NCBI GenBank assembly: GCA_964016885.1
Contig: OZ024741.1
Coordinates: 105,648,001-105,712,000 of the forward strand
Direction of reading: 5' to 3'
Origin: Eledone cirrhosa
Taxonomy: Eukaryota
DNA: 64,000 bases
Part shown: positions 26,895 to 38,809 of the stretch, piece by piece
Layout: each line of letters starts with the position of its first letter
Numbering within the stretch: the first letter of the stretch is position 1
Notes under the pieces: model-generated
Database searches by the model: none
The model's input: the letters and a program-made list of their open reading frames with translations, nothing else
Told to the model about the DNA's origin: nothing
Position numbers and translations under genes: made by a program

Positions 26895-27944
26895 AGCTAT
26901 ATAATGAAGGAAGTGTGGTAAGGAACCAGATGGACCATAACGCACCAGAGTACTCAATACTTAGGGTAGCAGAGTGGGTAATAGGAAAATGTTCAACCCC
27001 GATGGCAGAGCTCAAGCCATTTGCACGGCTATTTCTGGACAAAATTAGAATTTTTAGCGTGGTAATAAATAGCCAAACTTTTCAAGGGGTAATTCCTTAT
27101 ATGGAAAGATTGTAGTTGTCAAAAGGATTGGTCAAAATTTCTTGTAAACACAATTAAATCTTTCATGGTGGGGGTGGCTGAACTTGCCTGTAGAACAATG
27201 AGGGAGTGGGTGGAGCCGGTCAAGTGTTGAAAGTGAAATCTATACAGCAAATTCTAAGGAGTGTGTATGAAATTAGGCTAGGTAGAAAGCAGGCGAAAAA
27301 TAATCTGAGATTGGGAAGTTATAAAATTAAAAAGTTATTAAATTGAGATTAAAAAATAGATAAAAATAATAAAAGAATTAAGTAGTAAAAAATAATAAAA
27401 AAATCTAGTCTTACATAGGTAGATGTACATCTTTTCTTTTTTTCTTTTATCTCTTCTTCTCACTTCCTTCCACTCCCTCTCCTCTTCCTTCTCCTTTTTC
27501 CTCTTTCGCCTACCCTGAGGCAGCCCATCGGGCTTTTGTAGCCGCAGTACCCCCACCCCAGTAAATACTATATAGCATTGGCCGAAAACGCAATACCAGC
27601 TAAAAATATAGCAGCTGCTTTAGACTCATTCTTTCATATATATATTCATATATATATATTCATATATATATATATACATATATGTCTGTGTTTGTGTGTA
27701 TGTATGTAAGTATATATTTGTGTGTGTATAAGTGTGTTTCCTCTCTTTGTTTGTTTGGCATTTTTACCTCAATATTTAAATATTTATAGCCACATTAGCA
27801 TTTGACCGACTTCCTAAAAGCAGCTGATTTTATCATATATATATCTATATGATTGTAAAAGGTAAACAGAAATAACAACACAATCGGTACAGTATATGGA
27901 AGGAATATATTATTTTAACACTTGAAATAGTAGGAAGAGGGTGT

Positions 27945-27978
27945 TAACGTTTCGGATACTAGTCCTTCATCAGAAGAG
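27945..27978 (-). ncRNA. Degenerate Penelope-type hammerhead motif
   Basis: Minus strand CTGATGAAGGACTAGTATCCGAAACGTTA; homologous context on + at 30225-30290 (CTGACAAAGGACTTCCATCCGAAATGTAGACCCTC..TCAAGTGT). Stem I not evident. Confidence 0.45.
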
Positions 27979-28043
27979 AGAATGAGAAATTAGAAAGATT
28001 GAAGGGATGGGCAGGGTGGAATCGGAAAAAATGTTTTTAGAAA

Positions 28044-28079
<36 letters not shown>

Positions 28080-28103
28080 CATAAATTATGTCCATAGAAT
28101 CAT

Positions 28104-29092
28104 TTGGTCAAGCAGAGACCGAGGAAAATGGGCGACTGGCACATCGAATGTGCTCAGGCGCTCACAGCCCTCTGGCAGGCGGACCCGGCGATCAGTGGAG
28201 ACTCCACTTCGTCATTCTATAGAGGGTTGGTCCGCAGCAAGTGCGACGACGCGCTCGGTGAAACTCTGGGCGTGGAGGAAGATGAACTGGCCAGTCTGTT
28301 CGGTAGGACCTTCCGCCCGGGACCGATGGACAACTTCCAAAAGTCCCTGGCCTGGCAGTGCTACCGAGGAGCTCTACCAGTTCGAGACAAGCTCTACAGA
28401 CATGGGCGCCCGGGCAGGGACCCTGCAAAAAAGATCTGTCCGAGGTGCGTGCGAGACGAAGAAACCGTCGCGCACGCATTCATACACTGCCCGGGCGTCA
28501 CTGACCTGTGGGGATATGTAGAACGACTATTGTCGCGGGTGGGACCAATCCAGTTGACCACCGAGTCCATTGTCATGATCAAACCGCCACCCTGCTTCAA
28601 AAACGAAGGAGAGGCGGTTTTCCTTTGTGTGATAGCTATGGCGAAAGAGGTTGTATGGTGGACAAGGTTGAAAGGGCTGAGGTCAGACACCTTTCTCTCC
28701 GGCCAACAACTGATTCTTTTTTTCAAATACCACTTTGGAAGAAGAATCAGGATGGAGAGAGAGGTGCTGTACCCCAGCAAGTTTTATGAAAGGTGGGTGA
28801 AAGTGGCGAGAATGGCCCGAGTGAATGGGCCTTCTCTCTATATCAGCCTGTAGATTGAGGAAAAGGAGGAGGAGAGGAAAGGAGTACAAGCTCTTCGTAC
28901 TCCTGGAGATGAGGGTTGCACATTTTTTTCGGGGGTATGTGTTACCCATATAAACTGTCTCCCTCTATTGGGGAAAATCGACTAACTTTTAAATTCCATC
29001 TGTGATAACATTTTACACGTTTTTATTGTATGTAAACTTCCCCCTTTGTATTTGTCCCCTTCTTTTGTGCCCCTGTGGCTAATAAAGAAATA
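28104..29092 (+). mobile_element. 5'-truncated L1/Tx1-clade LINE (ORF2 C-terminus with zf-RVT, 3' UTR)
   Basis: LAWQCYRGALPVRDKL..CPRC...ETVAHAFIHC zinc-finger; stop at 28853; AATAAA at 29081 then (TA)n. Confidence 0.88.
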
Positions 29093-29121
29093 TATCTATC
29101 TCTATATATATATATATATAT

Positions 29122-29876
29122 ACCGGGACCAATGGACAACTTCCAGAAGTCACTAGCCTGGCAGTGCTACCGGGGGGCTCTACCCGTTCGAGAGAGGCTC
29201 TACAGACACGGGCGCCCGGGCAGGGATCCCTCGAAAAAGATTTGCCCTAGATGCGTGCGTCACGAAGAAACCGTTGCGCACGCATTGGTGCAATGTCCGG
29301 GCGTGGCTGATCTGTGGGGCTACGCCGAACGACTGCTGTCGCGGGTGGCGCCGATTCAATTGACCGCCGAGTCCGTGATGACAATCAAGCCCCCTCCCCT
29401 CTTCACAAAGGAAGCAAAGGTGGTTTTTCTGTGCGTAATAGCCATGTTGAAAGAGGTTGTTTGGTGGACACGATTGAAAGGTCTGAGGTCAGGCAACTTC
29501 CTCTCTGGCCATAGTCTGGTCTACTTCTTCCGATATCACTTCGGAAGAAGGATAAGAATGGAGAGAGAGGTGCTTGGCCACAGGCAGTTTTATGAAAGGT
29601 GGGTGATCGTGGCGAGAATGGCTCGTGTAAATGGGCCTTCTCTGTATACCATCCTGTAGGTAAAGAAGTGAAGGAGAGGGGAGCACCTTCCCCATGTGCT
29701 CCCCGGGCAAAGGATTGCACACTTTTTCGGGGGTGTGTGCAACCCCCATCACGTCCCCTCCCTTTTGAGGTTGTTTTCGATTATTTTCATTTTATACCCT
29801 TTTTACTCGATTGTATGTAAACTCCCCCTTTGTATTTGTCCCTTCTTTTTATGCCTTTATGGTAAATAAAGAAATA
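29122..29876 (+). mobile_element. Second 5'-truncated Tx1-clade LINE in tandem
   Basis: Same zf-RVT motifs, diverged mainly at synonymous sites; stop 29659; AATAAAGAAAT + (TA)n end. Confidence 0.88.
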
Positions 29877-30605
29877 TATATATATATATATATTGGAATT
29901 TCGTATTTCTAAAGAAATACAGTATCTTTATAGATAAACATTTAGAAAGCTGTAGCTATGCAAAAATACCAGAGGCTATCGCCCTCTGGTGGTGTCAGCA
30001 GAAGCAAGGGGGACAATCGTTGATGCATTTCGAACTTAACTGGTTCTCATCAGGACGATCCCTCCCACTCTTGTGACTGCTGGACTTGAAAACAGGTGAG
30101 AATATATAGTTTTCTCGTCTGTGTAAATGAGGTGATTAATCTCATTTGCATATGAAGCTGTATATATATGTATACTTTTCCAAACTTTCATATACCTACC
30201 TGTTTTCTCTCTATCTGAACTCTCTACTTCCTGACAAAGGACTTCCATCCGAAATGTAGACCCTCCTCCACTTCCTCTCAAGTGTGTATCTAGTAAGACT
30301 TTGTATTTTTGCATCCCTGTGTTTATTTTATTTGTTCAACTATATAACTAAGTAGTTCAGTAGATTCGTGGTTTACTGAGGAAGGTACCAAAATAAACAT
30401 TCAGTCCTATGACAGAGTGTATATATTAAGAACAAAATGAGGTTTCACATTAAGGTCTTTATTAATTATGCACAGACGACCATAATAGGTGGCTTAGGAT
30501 CCATGTAAATACTATAGACTTACACACACACCCATATATGTTTCATCCCCAACAGCTCTATTCTAGCCACAACCCCTACCCGGATTATTAAACAGCTAAT
30601 CATAC

Positions 30606-30670
30606 CTGTGGTATTATGTTCCCAAGGTGAACATTCAGTAGAATTGGTGAAAGGAAGTATCTTCTTTAGA
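30606..30670 (-). CDS. Candidate internal coding exon (65 nt, phase 2-1): LKKILPFTNSTECSPWEHNTT
   Basis: Acceptor ATTTGTTCCACTCTAG, strong donor CAG|GTATGA, open frame, phase-compatible with 22952-23023. Confidence 0.4.
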
Positions 30671-31269
30671 CTAGAGTGGAACAAATCTAATGTCAGCACT
30701 TCCCCTTCGCTCCCTCCCTGCTTTTATCTCTTTCTTACACACACATGCATGCACATACACATGCATGTGTGTGTGTATACACACACATACACACACACAC
30801 ACGCACACACATACACGCACACACATAAAATAAGTGGATTCTTAATGTATATTGGAGGTTACCGCAGTTAAAAAAAGGTACTCAATACGTTAGTCGAGTA
30901 CAGGCATCTTTATTTTATTATAGAAATGACTTCTATGGTACTAGAGCTGTTTCATTTGTAAGAAATCACACACACACACACATTAGTAGTGGGTCCACAC
31001 CATTAAACAACCATGTATGTTTAAGATCCTTCTATAAATTATGCATATGCACATGGATGTTTTGAAGGAAGCCTAACATGAAGTCTCTGGAAATTGAGAA
31101 ACCCCAGAAAAGGAATTGACAACAGTAGGAGTTAGAGTTATCTCCCTTAGAATAATATGCAATTTTTGTGTGCAAAATGAGGTTAAGAGGTTGACAGATT
31201 TGGAAATTTTAAGAAATATTTCCTGACGACTACTCAGTTTAAAACTGCGTAAGATGGGGGCCACGTAAG

Positions 31270-31468
31270 GCTAGCAATTTGAAGGGAAGGAGAACGTCGA
31301 TTAAATCGACCTCAGTGTGTTATTGGAACTTTATTTTATCGACCTCGTAAGGATGAAAGGCAAAGTTAACCTCGGCAGGATTTGAACTCAGATCATAAAG
31401 GGCCGTAATTCTATGCTGCAAAACATGGCGTCCAACGCTCTACCGATACTGTCAATCCACTGCCAATT
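31270..31468 (-). mobile_element. SINE family B
   Basis: Reverse complement matches 54135-54346. Confidence 0.85.
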
Positions 31469-31479
31469 ATTATTATTTT

Positions 31480-32640
31480 TTTTTATTTCCCACAAGGGCC
31501 AATAAAAAGGGGGACAATAAAATAGATAGTGAGAGCACCACTCTCCTCTCTAAATCAGCCCGCCTACAGACGCATGCTCAGAGTAAGCCCATTTATATGG
31601 ACCATTCTTGCAACATTCACTCACCTTTTAATAAATATACTGAGAGGCAGGACTTCTCTCTCCACCTTCACCTTCCTTTCCAAGTGAAACTTTAAAAAAT
31701 TGATGAGGGATTGGCCAAAGAGAAAAGTGTCTGTCTTCAGTCCTTTCAACCTAGTCCACCAAACCTCTTTTGCTATAGCCACCAGACAGAGGAAAACTGT
31801 CAAAAGAAGGCAGTGGGGCAATCTTCACTATGAACTCAGTCCATAGCCAGATCAGTCCTACATGCAACACAGCTGCTCAACATAACTCTTCAAGTCAGTA
31901 ATGCACAGTTTCGTCACACTGAGTGCATCTCGAGCAGGTCTGTCTGGCAGCACTTCAGTGCCTGTAGAGTTTATCTCAAACTGACAGTGCCCTCTTGTAG
32001 CACTGACAAGCAAAGGATTTCTGGAAGTTATCCATAGTCTCCAGCTCAAAAGTCCTTTGGAACAGATTGGTCAGTCCAATTTTGTTGACACCCAGTGCCT
32101 CTCCAAGAGTGTTGTCACACTTGCCTGCCACTAATTGTCTGTAGAACTCAAGAGTTAAAGGCAGTGAGTGCCTGGCAACATTCTAGATGCCAGGCACCCA
32201 GTCTCAGTCTTCTCTTGACCCAGCATTGCAGCTCAGTCAAAGAGATGAGCTATGGAAGATGCCATAGCCTCAGCGCGTGCTTGCGGTTCATCAGCCACAG
32301 CGTGCCCAGTCCTCCGTATAGGGGGTGCTGGCAGCAGATGGACTGTCTCACCAATGGAACCTGTCCCTTCCACAAAAAGTGGATGAGCAGACTTTCCAAT
32401 TTGGTGAGGTGCGGTTGGGGGCAAAGTACAACATTCAGGCGGTAGTAGTTGACGGATGTGATGTATGTGTTCACTACCTTCACCCAACCTTTCTGGGATA
32501 GCTTCCTCTCATCCCATTTCTGGGTGAGATTGGCCACCTTGCTCATTACCTCATTCCAGTTCTTATCCACCTGGTGGTGCAGTCTGAACCAGGGGTCGAG
32601 CAACTTCATCGATCCCCCCTCCAGTGTCCAACAACTCTGT
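31480..32640 (-). mobile_element. Decayed Tx1-clade LINE 3' part
   Basis: Minus ORF pieces WWTRLKGLKTDTFLFGQSLINF, QHPLYGGLG, LTKLESLL..FLWKG; homologous to 52650-54115. Confidence 0.88.
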
Positions 32641-33289
32641 TGAATGGCATGGTACTTTATTTTATCGGCCCTGCAAGGCTGAAAGGCAAAGTTAACATCG
32701 GACGGATTTGAACTGATAATAATAATAATAACAATAACAATATTGATGTGTTGACTTACTTTCAACAGGAGGTGGGGCACACTTCTCTGAATCTTCATTA
32801 TCAGCTATTTCCTGAAATATTGATTAAAATAAAATGTTGAGGGTTTTAGTGAAGTAATTTTCTCTTCTCTACAGACACGCACACTCACTCACACAGAAAC
32901 ACTCAACACATACATTGACACATATACATTAGAAACAGTTCAAACCAAAGCTGAAAGAGTTCAAGCGTATTACAATAAATATTTCTAGAAGATTACATAC
33001 ATACAGTCACTTCAATTATCTACCCATATATGTACATCATCATCATCATCATCATCATTACCGTTTTATGTCCATTCTTCCATGCTAGCATGGGTTAGGT
33101 GGGTTGTCGTGTTATGGGCAATGCCAGATCAAGTGACCATGTCTTGCTCATACAGAACTGATTTTGGCTTGATTTCTACAGCTGGATGCCCTTCCTAACA
33201 CCAACCTCATTTACAGTGAGTTCTGGGTGCTTTTTTACCGTGGCGCCTACACGAATATATATATATATATATGTATATATATACAGGGT

Positions 33290-33626
33290 AAAGAACCCCA
33301 TCAGTCACGAATGGCCATGGGATTTGCAAATAGAAAATTCCCTTCCAAAGCACAAGGCCAGGTATGGTTGTTTGTGGAAGACCAGTAGTCACCCATGCAT
33401 ACCTATCCCTCCTCTCCACAACACTGATGTTGTCTAAGGGAAAGACAATGGCCAATACAGCTTGGCACCAATGACATCGCAACTCATTTCTACAGCTGGG
33501 TGAACTGGAGCATTGTGAAATAGAGTATATTACTCAAGGACACAATACATAGCCAGGGCTGGGAATCAAACTCACAGCCTCACAATTATAAGCTCGATGC
33601 TCTAACCACTAAGCCATGTGCCTTCA
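33290..33626 (-). mobile_element. CORE-SINE with a third tail type
   Basis: Same tRNA head/CORE as family A, then GCGATGTCATTGGTGCCAAGCTGTATTGGCC...GATGGGGTTCTTTACCCTG instead of the RTE tail. Confidence 0.8.
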
Positions 33627-33677
33627 CACATATATATATGCCATTTTCTTATTATGAGTGCAAATGATGGTGCAAAC

Positions 33678-33799
33678 CACACGATGGCTTTATGTTTAGC
33701 TTTTTTCTTGCTACATATAGAGTGGTAATCTGGAAAGTAAGAGATTCTCTCAGAGAAGCCGCACTGTTGCTTAGGACTGAATTGTAGTAGGGGACTTCC
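33678..33799 (-). CDS. Candidate coding exon (122 nt, phase 0-2; alternative acceptor at 33729)
   Basis: Acceptor CCATCTTTGACAG, donor GTG|GTTTGC; reads GSPLLQFSPKQQCGFSERISYFPDYHSICSKKKAKHKAIV(C). Confidence 0.25.
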
Positions 33800-34033
33800 C
33801 TGTCAAAGATGGATATTTATACTAAGTTTATACTACTATATATATATAAATATATGATTGATAAGTTCAGTACAATGTAGTAGAAATATACAAAGGGCAA
33901 AGTATGGCACATAAAACAAAACAAAGTAATATTTTACCTAGTATATTTCAACATATTTCAGGGCTAATACCCTCTTTTCAAATGTATAATGAAAATAATT
34001 CAAAACAAAAACGAACGATTGATGTGTTCTTCC

Positions 34034-34114
<81 letters not shown>

Positions 34115-34439
34115 CATACATAGATGTACCTCTAGTTAATATGATAACAAGCTAATTGTTTTTGAAAAATAATATATGTAGGGATGGGTTGATTTTTATT
34201 TTCATTTTAATAAGGTTTTGATTTCATATATTGGCATCTTGCTATGATGTAAAACAAACATTTTTACATATCCCTATCTATTGATATTTTCTGCTGTTGG
34301 TGAAATGCGTGTAAAACTAATTCAATGATATAATTCTACCTATACCCTATATATATAGGACATCGATGGTAGGAATGTCATCCAGCCATAGAAAACATGC
34401 CAAACAAAGGGCTGGGAGGACTTATCAGCTGTGTCAATG

Positions 34440-36010
34440 ACATGACAACCTTCCTGTGATACCTATGATGAAGAAAAGATGGAGGCATAACTTAGAGGGA
34501 AATTGTGAACTTTTGCTTGACAATCTGCCGAAAGCCACTTACTGGGTCTAACGTTGGTCTAAGGTTGCACCAAGATGGAAGGTGGCATAGCGATGGAATA
34601 GTAGGATAAATAAAACCATGAAAACTAAGTGACATGCCAGAAAGGTCTGGAAAGATGTGGAAAGCAGAGCACAAAATCATGTAGCAAGAAGGAGGCTAGG
34701 TGGCAAATATACTCACTAAGGGGTGAAGCGAGAGATGAAGCAGATGTTTGCTCGTTATACAAATTGAGGATGAACAGTGTGAAGTGTTCCAGATTAAGAA
34801 AGAGTATGCTAAAGAAACTCGAGATGTATTTGGGGAAAAGTGTGTTTGATAGTGGTTCCCCACTCTGTAATCTTGTGAATGCTTGGAAGCTGAGTTACTA
34901 GGATGCTAGGGTGCTAAGGTGCTAGGGTGCTAGGGTGTTAGGTTGCTAGGGTGCTAAAGTTCTAGGTATACACAAGTAGCTCATGAGAGCCATGTAAGCC
35001 ATGTATAAATATGCAACCAGCAAGGTGAGTGCTGGCAATGAGTACAGCAATGTATTTAGAAAACAGGTGTGGGCCTATTACAATTCATTCGCCACTCTCT
35101 CCTGTTTAACATTGTCCTCCAGGACACAACAGAGATCATTACAACTGGCTGTCCATAAAAACTCCTGTATGCTGATAACTTAATCCTTATAATTGAATTT
35201 GTAGAAGAATTAGTGGTGACATTCTAAAACTGAAAGGCCTAAAAGTAAAGTCAGCAAAGTCTAAGGCTTTAACAAGTTGACAAAGAGATAGGACTCTGAT
35301 ACTGTCAGGGAATTGGCTTTGCTTGATATGTTGAAAAGGAGTAAGCAGTGTTACAAATGGATACACACGAGTTGTAGTCGGGTTACAAACAAGTTAATAA
35401 AGATTGTATAGAGCAGATGAATGACAGAAGTAAGTATTAAGAGAACACGTAGAATAGATTGCCTTAATTGCCTGGGAGACACCCTACACTTTTTTTTTAT
35501 CAGTGAGTTGGAAGGGTGCTCTGAAAGTGTGGTAGCCAGAGTAAGAATAGACTGGAAGAGGTTTAGAGAGCTAGCACCTCTGTTAACAACAAAGAGCTTC
35601 TCTCTCACAGGGTAGATTGTATAAACATGTGTGTAAACTGTGCTGAAACATGTCAGTGAGACATGAGCCCTGACTGCAGAAGACCTGCAAAGGCTAGAAA
35701 GAAATGAAGTATGTGTTGATGGATGTGTAATGTTAGTGTGCAGGAACAATGTTGTATAAGTGAACAGACAGAAAAATTCAGTATAAGAGGAATCCAGTGT
35801 AGTGTACAAGACAAAAGGCTGTAATAATATGGACTTGTAATGCATATGTAAAAGGACAGCTATCTCAGAAATCTCAGGGGTGGGGGCTGGTGGAAAAGGT
35901 AGACTTAGGAAGGCATGAAATGAAGTGGTGAAGACTGATCTCAGGAAGCTGGACATCACACAGAGAAGGCAAAGACTGTGATGATTGATGATTTGTGGTA
36001 TTGCAGAAGA
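34440..36010 (+). mobile_element. Heavily decayed RTE copy (same family as 44141-48700)
   Basis: TGCP*KLLYADNLIL near 35145, GCSESVVARVRIDWKRFREL.PLL near 35515, later RLE.NE and GR.RK.W motifs. Confidence 0.75.
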
Positions 36011-36394
36011 TCTGCCAGTTAGTATATTAACCTCTCCATTTCTCCTATAGAATCTGTTAGACCACCCCTCCTCTCATATGACACAAGTTCTAAATCACAC
36101 CAATTAAGTGTATAGGACAGTCCATTCCTATCCAACTTCCCAACAATCACTCTTTAGTAATTATTCCCATCATTACTACCCCTCTCTCCACTAAATCTTA
36201 TCCAGTTCTCCTATACATCATCATCATTTAACATTTATTTTCCATGTCTATCCCAGCATATTTATCACACATCATACTTGTCATCACTCTTATGAATCAG
36301 CTATGATAGAAAGTAACCGCCCTCATCATCCTCTCCTCCTCCCATAGGCTAGAGAGGGCTCCTCAGTCAAGTTAACAATGGTGACCAAGAACTC

Positions 36395-36745
36395 CTCTTG
36401 TGCTAGTGCCACAACGTAATACACCCACTACACTCAGCAAAGTGGTAGTGCTGGTGCCACAATAAAATACACCCAGTACATTCTGTAAAGTGGTAGTGCT
36501 GGTGCCACAATATAATGCACCCAGTATATTCTGTAAAGTGGTAGTGCTGGTGCCACAATATAATACACTCAGCACACACTTTAAAATGGTAGTGCTGGTG
36601 CCACAAAAAAATACACCTAGTACACTCTGTAAAATGGTAGTGGTGGTGCTGATAAAATGGAGCCAATATACACCAGTAAAGTGATAGTAGTGGTGCCAGG
36701 AATGAATCCCCTGGTACACCATTGTAAGGTATTTGATGTTAGGAA
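36395..36745 (+). repeat. 48-bp tandem array amplified from an RTE/SINE tail segment
   Basis: Unit GTAGTGCTGGTGCCACAATAAAATACACCCAGTACATTCTGTAAAGTG (period 48: 36445, 36493, 36541), running into GTTAGGAAGAGCATCCA of the tail. Confidence 0.85.
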
Positions 36746-37078
36746 GAGCATCCAACCATAGAAACTATGCTATATATAGAATATAATAAACAAAATAAGG
36801 TCACTGTGACCCACATAGTCTTAGTCTGTGACAACCTTCCCAACTCATGCCAGCGTGGAAAGTGGATGTAAATTGATGATGATTATGTGTGTGTATAATA
36901 TATATGTATATATATCTGTATATATATAATGTTGGTTAACCTAAATCATTTTGGTTGCAGCTGATTTGGCTGTGTATCAAACAGGATATGTTCTCTTGAG
37001 TTTTCCATATTTGTGTAGAAATATATGGATTATAGGGACAATTACATACTACATTGAAGAACAGCATAATCACCACCA

Positions 37079-37111
<33 letters not shown>

Positions 37112-37203
37112 CCACAACCAACTGCCTATGTTACCATCACCACCACCCCAAAAAAAAGAAACAGAAATAAAACACAGACAGAACTAGCTATTGTTATTGA
37201 GCA

Positions 37204-37236
<33 letters not shown>

Positions 37237-37493
37237 AAGCAGCAGCAACAGTAGCAGCAGCAACATCAGCAACAGTAGTAGTATATCATGATGTGGTACC
37301 TATTTACAGTTCGGTGGACTGAGGTATTCAGCTGTCGTGACATAACAGTAGTAAAAGTATATCATATTGTGGTTCCCTATTTACAGTCAGGCGGACTGAG
37401 AAATAAAGAGTTAATGATGACTGACAGAGAATGTGTAACACAGTTAACAGGAGACATGTGATATTTAGGGCAGTAGGCTGACCCTGGAATTAC

Positions 37494-37547
37494 GCCACTG
37501 GTATTGCTTCTCCTCCCACAAGCAGCAGTTCTTGAGTACTTTATGTC
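37494..37547 (-). CDS. Candidate coding exon (54 nt): DIKYSRTAACGRRSNTSG (phase 0) or GHKVLKNCCLWEEKQYQW (phase 1)
   Basis: Acceptor TGTCTCGTTTCTAG, donor GGC|GTAATT; frame ambiguous. Confidence 0.25.
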
Positions 37548-37941
37548 CTAGAAACGAGACATTAAAATACCAAACTGGTTGTTGTACATCAGAAATATAA
37601 GCTGGTTCCTGGTGACATTAAAACATTTCTCACAGATAAAGTTCAATAGGACAGCATCCTAATTAAATCACAGCAACCTTGGACTTTGTCACTGAGAACA
37701 TCTTTTTTGACCCCCCCCCCCACACCACCACATTTATATGTGTGGCTCTGTGCAAGTGTGAGTGAGTGTGTATGTGTGGGTGTATATATATATCATAATC
37801 ATCATCGTCATCATCATATTACATTCGTTTTCTATGCTGGTGTGGATTGGATGGATTGCCATGATAAGAGACTACATGGGTTGGGTTCAGGATTAGGGTT
37901 AGGGTTACACGTCACACTTACATTTTCCATTTTATAATATA

Positions 37942-38778
37942 CTAGCAGAATGGCCTGGCGTTGCTCGGGATTCTAAACATAGATTGGCATGTTTATCCCT
38001 CCTTTCTGAAACAGTTTCGTCATATGTTCACCAATTGATGCAGAAGTCCTAATAAAAAGTGAAGTCACCTTGGGTGAATAGGTAAATAATTTTCCATTAA
38101 GATTTTTCAAAAGCATGTAATTGCGTTCCCTCTTTTTTTTGTTGTTGTTTTTGCTGCTGTTGGTGTGATAGCAGCCGTTGGTCGTCCCTCTTCAGCCAAT
38201 CATGTATATCCCCTTCTGCCTCATCAGCAATGAGAACAATATTTGCTCTAGGGCTCTTATATATTTGATATATATTTATCCTTATCGAGCCCAGTGAAAT
38301 AAATACGTTTGTTTATATTTTGTTATTGTGTTGGCAAAAATATCTGTACACGAATATATATATATATTAAAATAACAGATTAAAGTTTAAGCGAAGAATC
38401 GCTGCTTTCACCCTTAACGGGATCTTCTGAAACTAAAAAAATAAATCTGTGAACGCAGAAGTAAATATTTCGAAAAACGTTACACACTGTATATATACAC
38501 ACACACTATATACATATATACACACACACACAGATAGTGTCACAATGTCATAATGCAGACAGCCAGACATACAGACAGATATTATAAGGGCGCAACGTTA
38601 CCGGCGCCTGATGCGGTCCCTAGGGCATTGAAAATTTGAAATATTCTTTTGCTCAAAACATTCACACGACCATAAGTATTACATGTGTAAAGTTAGAATA
38701 AAATTGGTTGGGTGGTTCTCGAGTTTTAGGGAGTCAGGCAGACAGACAGACAGACATTCTCTGTTTTAGATATATAGA
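37942..38778 (-). mobile_element. Non-autonomous Helitron (837 bp)
   Basis: Minus strand A|TCTATATATCTAAAACAGAGAATGTCTGTCTG ... CCCGAGCAACGCCAGGCCATTCTGCTAG|T. Confidence 0.88.
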
Positions 38779-38809
38779 TATGTGTATGTATATGTATATA
38801 TATATATAT

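Noticed and set aside
26640-27600. Decayed LINE endonuclease region on the minus strand
   Set aside because: Only faint motif resemblance (FLTT.PSLYS); insufficient to assign.
37878-37908. Interstitial telomere (also GCTAGGGT run at 34900-34965)
   Set aside because: Only two or three TTAGGG units; consistent with chance or slippage.
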